Assembly (NCBI GenBank): GCA_963798485.1
Contig: CAWCTR010000013.1
Span: 1-35,866, forward strand
Length of the DNA stretch: 35,866 bases
Source: an uncultured delta proteobacterium
GTDB lineage: Bacteria > Desulfobacterota > Desulfomonilia > UBA1062
Direction: 5' to 3'
The translations under genes and the position numbers were made by a program. Positions within the stretch are counted from its first letter, which is position 1. Each line of letters begins with the position of its first letter. Under the pieces are notes generated by a model that worked only from the letters and a program-made list of their open reading frames with translations, was not told the origin of the DNA and searched no databases. Positions 9,840-18,997 of the stretch are shown in pieces.

Positions 9840-10598
9840 TTACACTGTTTCTTCCTCCTGTGTAAATAATGCCTTTTTCCTTCTCATCGAGTCTTTTCCT
9901 GTCAGGTTTATCTTGTGGGCGTTGTGCACCAGCCTGTCAAGAAGGGCATCGGCGATGGTGGGGTCTCCTACGACCTCATGCCAGTGTTCCACCGGGAGCT
10001 GGCTCGTGATGATGGTGGAGGCAACTTCGTACCGGTCATCGATCACATCCAGGAGATCTCTCCTCTCCGGATCGGTGAGAACTGCAAGGCCGAAGTCATC
10101 AAGGATGAGCACAGGCACTTTTGCCAGTCTTGATGATATACTTGCGTAGCTCCCGTCCGCTTTTGCGATGGATAACGTGTAATAGAACTTCGGGCACCTC
10201 ACGTAGAAGGCGCCGAATCCTTCCCTGCAGGCCTTGTGAGCCAGCGCACAGGCGAGGTAGGTTTTGCCCGACCCCGTCGGTCCTGTTATGATCACGTTAC
10301 GGTGCTTCCTTATCCACTCGCAGGTTCCAAGAGAGAGTATTACCGATTTGTCCAGGCCTCTCGGTGTTCGATAATCGAGGTCTTCCATTGAGGAAGATAG
10401 CTTCAGCTTGGCACTTTGAAGAAGACGCTTCATCCTCTTGTTCTCCCGGAAGAGGTATTGGGCATCCACCAGCATGGCGAAACGTTCTTCGAAGGCAAGC
10501 CCGTCGAGGTCGGCCCTTGTCATCTGGTCCTTCATTGCCTCTGCCATGCCGTTAAGCTTCATGGTGTAGAGCTTCTCATACGTCTGTTCATTGAGCAT
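9840..10598 (-). CDS. istB: IS21 helper ATPase IstB
   Basis: GPTGSGKT Walker A, LILDDFG Walker B, TIADALLDRLVH. Confidence 0.96.
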   Translation of the reverse strand: MLNEQTYEKLYTMKLNGMAEAMKDQMTRADLDGLAFEERFAMLVDAQYLFRENKRMKRLLQSAKLKLSSSMEDLDYRTPRGLDKSVILSLGTCEWIRKHRNVIITGPTGSGKTYLACALAHKACREGFGAFYVRCPKFYYTLSIAKADGSYASISSRLAKVPVLILDDFGLAVLTDPERRDLLDVIDDRYEVASTIITSQLPVEHWHEVVGDPTIADALLDRLVHNAHKINLTGKDSMRRKKALFTQEEETV

Positions 10599-12147
10599 TA
10601 TTTTCTCCTTTCACATAGTAGGATTTGCCACGGATGTTCTCGTGGGTTATGGGTGATGACGGCCTATCGGGAGGCAACTCTTTGCCGTCCAGATTGTTCT
10701 CAAGGATCGACTTGACGCTTCTATACGAATAGGCCTTCATGAGAAGAGCCCTGGTGCATGCGGCCTCAAGTCTCTTCTGTCCGTAAGGCTTTTCCAGACG
10801 GATGATGCCGAGGCATGACCTGAAGCCTTGCTCGGGGTGGGATTTGCTCTCCATTATCTCTTTCAAAAGCAATCCTGTAGAGGGTCCTGTCTTCTCCGCC
10901 CATCTGATGATACGGGAAGGAGTCCATTCGAGATAGCGCTTATGGGACTCGGGCATATGATCGGTGACGGTGGTGTGCCTGGAGGGTTCATAGCTCCTTG
11001 CATGGGAGGCCACCCTCTTGCCTTTGAAGAAGATCTCCACGGTCCTGGCCGTGATCCTCGCAGTTACCACCTGGCCTTTCAGTTGATAGGGGACGCTGTA
11101 GTAGTGGCGTCTTATTTCGACGTGGTAGTCGATGTTCACCCTAGGCTTCTCCCACTCGGCATACTCATAGCGATCCTGAGGCAGGGGTTTCATGGCAGGC
11201 CGGTCAATGGTCTCGAAAAGCTCTTTTCGTGGGACCTTCATCTTCTGCAGGGGCCGGTTGTTCAACTCTGCTACTTTATCACGGATGGCCTTGTTCAGTT
11301 CTTCGATACTGAAGAAGGTATGGTTCCTTAAGGATGCGATGATCCAGCGCTCGGCAATGAGCACGGCCGATTCAACCTTGGCTTTGTCTCTTGGTTTCGC
11401 CACCCGTGCGGGGATTATGGTCGTGCCATAGTGCGTCGCCATTTCCTGGTAGGTGGGATTGATCTCCGGTTCGTACCGGCAGGGACGGCTTACGCCGGCT
11501 TTCAGGTTATCCGGGACCGTGATCAGGGGAACCGCACCCAGGAACTGGAACGTATGTACATGCAGGCTGATCCAGGCGTAGAGGTCCTGGGAGAGCGACG
11601 CCTGTGCATACGTGTAGTTGCTGGCGCCCATGGTCGCCACAAAGAGATAGGCCGGGCTGATGGCGCCGGTCATCTCATCGTGGATGGGGATCGTATCGCC
11701 GGCAAAGTCGACAAACAGCTTTTCACCGGCTTTGTAGTCCTGTCTCAGCGAGACATCCAGGGTTTTTGCCCATTCCCGGTAGCGCTGGCAGAACTGGCTG
11801 TATTGGTAGCCTTCAGGATTGTTTTCACGATACTCATGCCAGAGCAGTTGCAGGGTGGTATGCTTTTTCTTGAGCTCCTTGTACAGATAATCGTAGGAAG
11901 GCATGTTCCTTCCCTGGACCTCAAGGGATGCGCTGCGGGGGAAGAGCAGGTTCTCAAGCGCCGTATCGTCCAGGTCATCGGACAAGGGCCAGGACAGGCC
12001 GGCCTTCCTGGCCCTGTCCAGATACTCCCTGGCCGCGGTACGGCCAATGCTACAGCTTTCAGCTGCCTGCCTGGCTGATATCCCGCCACCTAAGCACAGG
12101 CGCAGTACTTCTTTGATCTTCCGCATGGATAACCTCACATTCGCCAT
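10588..12147 (-). CDS. istA: IS21 transposase IstA
   Basis: MRKIKEVLRL HTH, VDFAG, DNLK, PRDKAKVE; overlaps istB. Confidence 0.96.
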   Translation of the reverse strand: MANVRLSMRKIKEVLRLCLGGGISARQAAESCSIGRTAAREYLDRARKAGLSWPLSDDLDDTALENLLFPRSASLEVQGRNMPSYDYLYKELKKKHTTLQLLWHEYRENNPEGYQYSQFCQRYREWAKTLDVSLRQDYKAGEKLFVDFAGDTIPIHDEMTGAISPAYLFVATMGASNYTYAQASLSQDLYAWISLHVHTFQFLGAVPLITVPDNLKAGVSRPCRYEPEINPTYQEMATHYGTTIIPARVAKPRDKAKVESAVLIAERWIIASLRNHTFFSIEELNKAIRDKVAELNNRPLQKMKVPRKELFETIDRPAMKPLPQDRYEYAEWEKPRVNIDYHVEIRRHYYSVPYQLKGQVVTARITARTVEIFFKGKRVASHARSYEPSRHTTVTDHMPESHKRYLEWTPSRIIRWAEKTGPSTGLLLKEIMESKSHPEQGFRSCLGIIRLEKPYGQKRLEAACTRALLMKAYSYRSVKSILENNLDGKELPPDRPSSPITHENIRGKSYYVKGENNAQ

Positions 12148-12825
12148 AACCACTCCCGATCGTTTTGCTCAGGGATGTAGCATGGCTGTCCCTATGATTT
12201 ATCCAGCGTTGTCTCAGGCTCCTACAGGTGGCCGCTTTCATCGGATCACTGGCCGTTTTGAATCATATTCACTGGCCGCTTTGCGTCATAATGGTGGCCG
12301 CTTTGCGTCGGAATACGCACTGGCTTTCTTTATTCGATTGAGGAGAAATTCGCAGAATTCTGCGATTTTTGTGGAGATACGAGGATACAATTGATACCTG
12401 AGAGCTTAAATAACCTGTCTATAATCATCCTGAGCAAGAGATTGTTCATGAACTCACCTCATAGATGAGGGAGAATACCCAAACCTTTTCTGCTCGAATT
12501 AGGCGATCTTTTTTCTTGTGATGTTCAATGTGATCAACATTTTTACCAAGGCGGCACAGTTCAGGGGATTGTCGGCAGACAGTAGTTACAAGCTCCAGAA
12601 GGTTGGTGGGACGATATTGGGAATAGTGAAGTAGGAAGAGACAGAGGGTCAGCTTGCACAGGGATAGTGTGGGTTGGCTCTCTGAGTAAATCATATGCAG
12701 AGACCTTGACAATGACCTCAAATTATTTACTAAGAAGACATGAATCATATGTTTATAAAACATGAATCTAATTCAATTAAACTATCTCAAAAAGTAACCA
12801 ATATAATTATGGGAGGATGATAATA

Positions 12826-13054
12826 ATGGCTACTCGCGGAAGGAAACCGATAAGTTTGAGGAGTGATGGTAAGGCATCAAAGCTCATCAAAAGGAACTAT
12901 TATCTTGATGAACGGTATACAAAGGCTCTCTCGGTACTTTCTGCAATTAACGGGTAAAGAGCTCTCTCTTCTTGTTAATGAAGGTATTGGCTTGTTGATA
13001 AAGAAATACCAACCACAGACTGAGATCAAGCTTCTCGATTTGAAATCGATTTAA
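12826..13054 (+). pseudogene. Ribbon-helix-helix DNA-binding protein (~75 aa) with +1 frameshift at GGG 12952-12954
   Basis: GGGAGG RBS, ATG 12826 MATRGRKP...KRNYYLDERYTKALSVLSAIN; removing one G continues GKELSLLVNEGIGLLIKKYQ; the corrected length is a multiple of 3. Confidence 0.65.
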
Positions 13055-13257
13055 AGACAAGATTTGTAGGGTTGTTTCCAACGATACAACCAACCATACC
13101 ATTTCAACCGTTTTTTTGATGATAATGGTTATAGATATTCATTATGAGGAAACGCTGTGAATGGCGCGTCATCTATGATTCAATAAATCAATATGGCCTA
13201 TCAGTTTATTATTTAAATTTGTCTAGATAGAATCCCCATAATCTTGAGGGGATGCCT

Positions 13258-14261
13258 TCAGCTCTTATTCGAAGCTTCAGGTTCGAGAATTCCCATCTTT
13301 TTCAGTTCATGGTATAATCTATGGGTGAATGTGTATGCTCCCTTTATGTTGAAATGACCATAATCGATAAAGATAGAATCATCCAATCCGCAGTCCTTTG
13401 GTGTCTCCCAGATTATAGAATGTACCTTTTCATTCTCTAAACTATGGATGAATTGTAAGACTTCTTTATAGGTTTCAAGATATTTCGGATTATTATAAAT
13501 CACATCCATATATTCTTTACGTACCGGAGGCTGGAGAAGTACAATCTTCTTGGTCTTCTTTTCAGCCAACTGAACAAGGCTCTTTAGATATTCAGCCTTG
13601 TTTTCAGCAAACTCAAAATTGTTCATGTGGTCTTGTCCTATCGAGGGAGCTGAGAATCTTGGATCAGTGGCAAGCTCATTATAGGCCTCTGCACGATAAT
13701 GGTATGCAGGTACAGTTAGGTGAGGCTCTACCTTCTTTCCTTGTAGAAGTTTATCAATGACAGAACCCCACTCCTCAAGTGAGCGGCACTCGGAAAAAGG
13801 CAACAAATAATCTGCCAGCAGCAAGAACTTCGTCTTGAGGTCAGGGTACTCGAGTCTTTCATGAAACGTGGCCCATGTATAAAAATGAGGTTCAAATGGA
13901 TAGGGTATCTTGTAAAAAGGGTGAATACCATTATTATTGAACATCCATGGCTCTATCTCAATGATGAGAAGGGGTGAAGCATCAAGCAGGTCAGGGTACT
14001 TCCTGCAAATCAGCAGTTCTTCCCAGGCACCACCTGAGTCTGTTGCAAGATTGAGAACAAATAACGGTGTTGTTCCTAAAAGATTGGCAAAGAGATCGGG
14101 GTGAGGTTCGATCTCCCGATTCTCATCTCCAATGAACCCCGTAAGATAGAATAAGATATGCCTGTGCAGAAGAGTATTGCAAAGGCAAACAGAGCGACCT
14201 TTATGGCCTGGGGCATTTTCTTCTGTGGATTAGAAATTGAAGTAGATGAATGGTTGGACAT
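13258..14261 (-). pseudogene. SGNH-like (AlgJ/DltD/DUF1574-type) partner of the MBOAT, disrupted
   Basis: N-terminal MSNHSSTSISN plus TM overlaps the MBOAT end; frame break near 14100; other frame gives PDLF...NLA...IEIEPW...DYGH (block V DxxH). Confidence 0.7.
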
Positions 14262-15651
14262 ACGTTACCCCTAAGAAGGAGATGCTTAGAATGAGCAGGG
14301 CATACACTACACTTCGCCAGGGCCATGGGGTTTCAGCCGTTAACAGCAACTCCCGGTTGGATCTGTATAGTGGTAAATCTATTGCCAAGACAACAGCCAT
14401 GTAAAAAAGCGTAATGAAAATGAGCGAAGCTGATGAATACCCGAGATGGGATATATTGAATAAGGAATATATATAGCTGTATGCAGTCCCGAAATCAGGC
14501 GCCCTGAAGAATATCCATGCAAAGGCTACGATGTGAAAGGTAATGAAGACTGAGAGCAGGGACCTCATGGTGCCATGAACTTGCAGGGTGGTTGACCCTG
14601 GTTTTCTGAGGCTGTCCCTGAAATATCTGGACAAAGCGAGGTATAACCCATGGATGCCCCCCCACGCCACAAACACCCATGAAGCGCCGTGCCAGAGACC
14701 GCAGAGGAGCATGGTGGCGAGAAGATTTATATATGTTCGGACAGTGCCTTTCCGGCTGCCTCCAAGTGAAATGTAGAGATAATCCCTTAGCCAAGTTGAC
14801 AGGGATATGTGCCATCTTGTCCAGAATTCCCTGATGTTTTTTGACAGATATGGCTGTTTGAAGTTTTCCATTATCTCTATGCCCAGAAGCTTGCTGGTGC
14901 CCCTGACAATATCGGTATAGCCTGAAAAGTCGGTATATATCTGAAGGGTATAGAGATACATCCCGCAGAGAAGATCAATGCACATAAATTTTTGAGGAGA
15001 AGAAAAAAGCAGATTTACATGAGAGGCTACTGCATCTGCGATCACTTTCTTCTTGAAAAAACCCAGGAGAATCAGCTGTAGGCCAGCAAAGATCTGTTCT
15101 TTTCCCATAACCCTCTTCCTGTTAATCTGCGGGGTAAAGGTGTCGGCCCTCCCGATGGGTCCGGCAGATATTTCCGGAAAATAGCCAACAAATAAAGCAA
15201 ATGATACGATATCTGCAGGTGCATATTCGCCTCTATAGACATCCATAAGATATCCAATGATCTTGAAGGTGAAAAAGCTGATTCCAAGGGGTAAGATGAG
15301 GTTCAATATCTGCACATGGGGAACAAATCCAAAGGACTGAAAAGCATCTATAAATGAGGTGACGAAGAAATTGTAGTATTTGAAAAATCCCAGAATACCC
15401 AGATTATACACTAAGCTGATGGTTAAAAGGGTTTTTCTTGTTGTCTGATCCTTTGCTGCGTGGATTTTCAAACCAAAGTAAAAGTTTAATAAAGTAGTAA
15501 TAATTATAAGTGAGAGAAAACGATAGTCCCAGTAACTGTAGAACAGATAACTCGCAACAATAAGGAATATATTCTGCCATAATCTCGATAAGGAATAGTA
15601 TATCGGGAGTGTTGCAAGCAGTAAAATTATGACCCAATAATTGAAAAGCAT
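14230..15651 (-). CDS. MBOAT-family O-acyltransferase (AlgI/PatA/DltB-like)
   Basis: LPLGISFFTF, AGPI, YTDFSGYTD, FWTRWHISLSTWLRDYLYI, GLWHGA, FIYFNF. Confidence 0.93.
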   Translation of the reverse strand: MLFNYWVIILLLATLPIYYSLSRLWQNIFLIVASYLFYSYWDYRFLSLIIITTLLNFYFGLKIHAAKDQTTRKTLLTISLVYNLGILGFFKYYNFFVTSFIDAFQSFGFVPHVQILNLILPLGISFFTFKIIGYLMDVYRGEYAPADIVSFALFVGYFPEISAGPIGRADTFTPQINRKRVMGKEQIFAGLQLILLGFFKKKVIADAVASHVNLLFSSPQKFMCIDLLCGMYLYTLQIYTDFSGYTDIVRGTSKLLGIEIMENFKQPYLSKNIREFWTRWHISLSTWLRDYLYISLGGSRKGTVRTYINLLATMLLCGLWHGASWVFVAWGGIHGLYLALSRYFRDSLRKPGSTTLQVHGTMRSLLSVFITFHIVAFAWIFFRAPDFGTAYSYIYSLFNISHLGYSSASLIFITLFYMAVVLAIDLPLYRSNRELLLTAETPWPWRSVVYALLILSISFLGVTYVQPFIYFNF

Positions 15652-15798
15652 TATTAAATGACTATAATAAATTTAGGTGGTTTCTGGCAACTATAGAAAT
15701 TATTACTCATAACCTAATTGATTCTGACTGAAGATTAATGCGATAACTTTCTGGTTTTGAAAGGCCCAGAAACCGATGATCTTTGTAAATGATCTTCA

Positions 15799-16023
15799 CT
15801 CTTCGCCTCTCCAATCAGCGCAGGACCCCTTTCGCCTGCAGACAGCATCATAGAACAATCCATTGACCTAAACGAATTCCTGATCAAGAACCCTACCGCC
15901 ACCTTCTTTGTCAGGGTTGAGGGTACATCCATGATCGATGCCGGGATTCATCCCGATGATATCCTTCCCATGGACAAATCCATTTCCCCGTTTCCCAACC
16001 CCATTATGATCGCCATCGCTGTC
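15799..16023 (+). pseudogene. umuD: umuD (S24 peptidase) relic
   Basis: Not in the ORF track: LFASPISAGPLSPADSIIEQSIDLNEFLIKNPTATFFVRVEGTSMIDAGIHPDDIL; in-frame TGA upstream; diverges before the catalytic Lys; no umuC. Confidence 0.85.
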
Positions 16024-16262
16024 ACTGCATCTGCTCGCCGTGATAGGTGGTTTGGGAGAATTCCTGGTGAAGAAGCCGGTTAATGAATGTGGTGTGAAGT
16101 CTTTGATGGCGGGTGCGGGGCGGAGATGGAGTGGACAATCTGGATTTTGAGAGGGGATTGAGATTAGGGAAGAGGGTGATCAGGTTGAGATCTGAGGTTT
16201 GGTCATTAGAGCGACGCATAAATTGAGGTGAGAGAGTACCCCAGGAGGTGTGTCCTAGTTGA

Positions 16263-16367
16263 TTACCTGTTGTGCACTATCCTGGGAGCGTGTCCTGCAT
16301 GTTTCAGGAACCTTGTAGTCAGGGCCAGGAATGCTAAGATGCCGGTTGCTATGATGATGGCTATCAT
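16263..16367 (-). CDS. 34-aa single-TM microprotein
   Basis: MIAIIIATGILAFLALTTRFLKHAGHAPRIVHNR; starts 2 nt after the upstream stop, GAGGG RBS. Confidence 0.5.
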   Translation of the reverse strand: MIAIIIATGILAFLALTTRFLKHAGHAPRIVHNR

Positions 16368-16369
16368 GG

Positions 16370-16612
16370 CTAAGCCCTCTTTATCTTTCTCTCGATCACG
16401 ACTTCATGAATGAACCCTTTGAAGCCCAGCACGATGCCAGCTACCAGTCCTATCATCGTGAAATTGGGTGCCATGCCGAGAACCCTGTCAAGGTACATGC
16501 CGCCATAGAGTCCGAGGAAGGTCATTGTAACGAGCACTAAGCTGTATGCGCTTATCCTGCTGAGTCTGTTGGTAACTTCGCGGGGTAGTTTGTCTTTCTT
16601 AGTGCGTTTCAT
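16370..16612 (-). CDS. AtpZ/AtpI (ATPase gene 1)-like 2-TM protein, 80 aa
   Basis: AGGAGAAAGG RBS; GLYGGMYLDRVLGMAPNFTMIGLVAG matches the family G..LD...P...G...G pattern. Confidence 0.75.
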   Translation of the reverse strand: MKRTKKDKLPREVTNRLSRISAYSLVLVTMTFLGLYGGMYLDRVLGMAPNFTMIGLVAGIVLGFKGFIHEVVIERKIKRA

Positions 16613-16647
16613 GGCCTTTCTCCTTTCAGGAGTTCCTATCCTTCTTC

Positions 16648-16824
16648 CTAGAACAGGTTCATGAGGATTTCGCGTGCCGGGCCGGTGTTGATGGTGACCA
16701 AAGTCACAACCAGGACGAATATTGCGGTTGCTTCTACCGGGGTGAGTCCCAATACTCTGTAGGTGAACCTGATACCAATGCCGGTCATGAACAGTGCGCC
16801 GAGTACTAACCATAATGTCATCAT
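16648..16824 (-). CDS. 58-aa 2-TM small membrane protein
   Basis: GGAGGG RBS; MMTLWLVLGALFMTGIGIRFTYRVLGLTPVEATAIFVLVVTLVTINTGPAREILMNLF; below the ORF track cutoff. Confidence 0.65.
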   Translation of the reverse strand: MMTLWLVLGALFMTGIGIRFTYRVLGLTPVEATAIFVLVVTLVTINTGPAREILMNLF

Positions 16825-16871
16825 TGTCTTTCCCTCCCTGGGGTTTGTTTTTTTCTTTCTATCTCATATAG

Positions 16872-16887
16872 AGCAAGGGGCGTGCCA
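16872..16887 (-). promoter_or_regulatory. Sigma-54 (-24/-12) promoter
   Basis: TGGCAC-GCCCC-TTGCT, perfect consensus and spacing, about 48 bp upstream of the 58-aa ORF. Confidence 0.85.
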
Positions 16888-16902
16888 TGTTTTAGCGATT
16901 TT

Positions 16903-16915
16903 TAACTTATTGATA
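16903..16915 (-). promoter_or_regulatory. IHF binding site
   Basis: TATCAA-TAAG-TTA matches WATCAANNNNTTR, just upstream of the -24 element. Confidence 0.7.
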
Positions 16916-17365
16916 ACAGACAACATTTGCCAACAGGGGTTCCCTGGCATTGCCATATTGGCAAAAAGACTGCTGCCAGGACATTAACAGGTACAATAAA
17001 TGACAAAACACCCTAAAAGGCACCATTAAATTGACAGAATGACAAAGATGGGGGGGGAATTACACTCTGGCTCCATGCAAGAAGTGATTCTATAATAGGG
17101 ATTGCTTTGGGGGGACAGTAATCAGGTCGAGATCTGGGGCGTTGTTGTGTGGGTTGTGTAAGGTGAGGTAAAAAAGAGGGTCAGCGTACTAAAACTCCGA
17201 CGGGGTTGATGTGATAAAATTGTGATAGAATCAATAGAAAAGTATGGAAGCAGATAGAATGTGTGGGAATAGGCAGAATTGATAAATCTATTGGATTTAG
17301 GTAGTTATGGGAAATCAGACCTAAGATCGAGGAGTTAGTTTTGTGTGATTTTTCATGACTTGGAA

Positions 17366-18259
17366 TTAAATAACCGATGGTATCGAGCGGTAGTGCTCCT
17401 GGCGCTGCTTTTCCGGTAAAGAGAGGAAGGCGTTGATAAGGCGTAGCATCTCTTCCCTGTTTTCATCGAGCCTGCCGAAGACCTGGATGTAGTTGTTCGC
17501 ATGATCGCAGGCGAGCACGGCAGGCGTTGGGTCAAGGGCGGCAACAAGGTCTCTCAGCTCGATAACCGCACCTTCCGGGGTCTGTTCAGTGAACTCACCG
17601 GCATGTATCTTTTCCATGAGTTTCGACATGGAGTGGATCCACAACCGTCGCACCCGGACAAAATGGGGTTTCACTTCATTGATCACAAAGGCAGAGCCCT
17701 TTACGTGGTCCTCCCAGAGTGCTTGCCCGCCCAATCCCAGAAGGAAGTAATAGGACAGCTCCATGCCCGAGGCCATTGTTTTTTTCCCGGCATCGATAAG
17801 CTGGGCCTGGCTCGTACCCTTTTTCTGGAGCTTTAGCACCGCATCCGAACCGCTCTCCATACCCACGTGGACCCGGTCAAGGCCCGCATCATGGATGGCA
17901 ATGAGCTCCTCTTGAGTCTTCTTGGCCAGGCTCGAGGCCCTGGCGTAAGCCGTAACCCGATTCACTAAAGGAAACTTCGCCCTGAGGTGTTTCAGGACTT
18001 CAACGAGAAATTCCGTGGGCAAATCGAGCGGGTTCGCATCGCCCAAAAATGCGGTCTTGAAGATGCCTCCATACATATCATGCAGGGCGTCGATATCCTT
18101 GATGACTTCATCAACAGTGCGCTCGGAGTATGGGGTGTCAAAATAATCATAGATGCCGCAGAAGAGGCACCGGTTCCAATTACACCCACGTACGATCCTG
18201 ATAAGAAGGCTCCTGGCCTCGCTCGGCGGTCTAATCACAAGATGTTCGGGGACATGCAT
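17366..18259 (-). CDS. Radical SAM protein (RPPSEA family)
   Basis: RPPSEARSLL, GCNWNRCLFC, FLGDAN, GMESGSD, DHANNY. Confidence 0.9.
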   Translation of the reverse strand: MHVPEHLVIRPPSEARSLLIRIVRGCNWNRCLFCGIYDYFDTPYSERTVDEVIKDIDALHDMYGGIFKTAFLGDANPLDLPTEFLVEVLKHLRAKFPLVNRVTAYARASSLAKKTQEELIAIHDAGLDRVHVGMESGSDAVLKLQKKGTSQAQLIDAGKKTMASGMELSYYFLLGLGGQALWEDHVKGSAFVINEVKPHFVRVRRLWIHSMSKLMEKIHAGEFTEQTPEGAVIELRDLVAALDPTPAVLACDHANNYIQVFGRLDENREEMLRLINAFLSLPEKQRQEHYRSIPSVI

Positions 18260-18469
18260 GATGATGTTATAGGGCGAGGAAGCCCCTGGGTCAAGGATTT
18301 GAGAGCGGCAAGCTATAAACCCTAAGCGGAATCATCACCTGTGGTGAAGCTAATGGTGTAATCCGAACCGAGGGTACTCCCATCGGAGTCCTTCACTTGG
18401 GATTTTTTAAATTAAATTCATAAAAAATGCATGGTGAATTTCTATCCGAATATGAGTTACAAGATACCC

Positions 18470-18883
18470 ATGGAAATCTTATACACTGCAATCGGCCTCA
18501 TGCACTGTGAGCTCTATGACTCGGACACAGCGCCCAAGTTTTATACCGAATCCACCATCAAAGGGACCATCGAGATCTTCGAGGCGTATGGGGAAGGACT
18601 TGCCGGGCTTAATGAATACGACCATATCATGGTCTTCTTCCACTTCCACCGCTCTGCGGGCTACAGCCTTATGCAGAAGCGGCGGGGCGTGGGGGAGTTG
18701 CGCGGTGTGTTCAGCCTGTGCTCGCCGAACCGGCCCAATGGCATCGGTATGTCGATCCTTAAGCTAATAAAAATAGAGGGGAACATACTCCATGTGGAGA
18801 ACGTAGATCTGCTTGATGGCACACCCATCCTCGATATAAAACCTTACAAACCGCAGGATTACCCGAGCGGTACAAAGGACTGA
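18470..18883 (+). CDS. tsaA: tRNA (t6A37-N6)-methyltransferase TrmO/TsaA
   Basis: GL.GL.EYDHI...FHFH, RGVFSLCSPNRPNGIG, DLLDGTPILDIKPY; start could be 18431. Confidence 0.88.
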   Translation: MEILYTAIGLMHCELYDSDTAPKFYTESTIKGTIEIFEAYGEGLAGLNEYDHIMVFFHFHRSAGYSLMQKRRGVGELRGVFSLCSPNRPNGIGMSILKLIKIEGNILHVENVDLLDGTPILDIKPYKPQDYPSGTKD

Positions 18884-18997
18884 AGCCCTGAGCTACCCGA
18901 ATATGGATTGAATTTTTTTCCCTTATATGGTTGTGTAATATATTCTAATAACAACGGAAGCACCTACATCATGATAAGGGGTTCAAGGAGATAATCA

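Larger units (their letters stand above)
9734..12319 (-). mobile_element. IS21-family insertion sequence
   Basis: Ends TGCGTATTCCG.../...CGGAATACGCA; multiple subterminal AAAGCGGCCA repeats; 6-bp TSD CTGGCT (9728-9733, 12320-12325). Confidence 0.96.

Noticed and set aside
12446-12763. 105-aa ORF
   Set aside because: No recognisable motif or RBS; unsupported.
16370-16813. 147-aa ORF from the track
   Set aside because: Its N-terminal half is an off-frame read of the 58-aa gene; the RBS supports a start at 16612.
17340-17366. tRNA fragment as att core
   Set aside because: No T-loop (GTTCRA) or cloverleaf visible.
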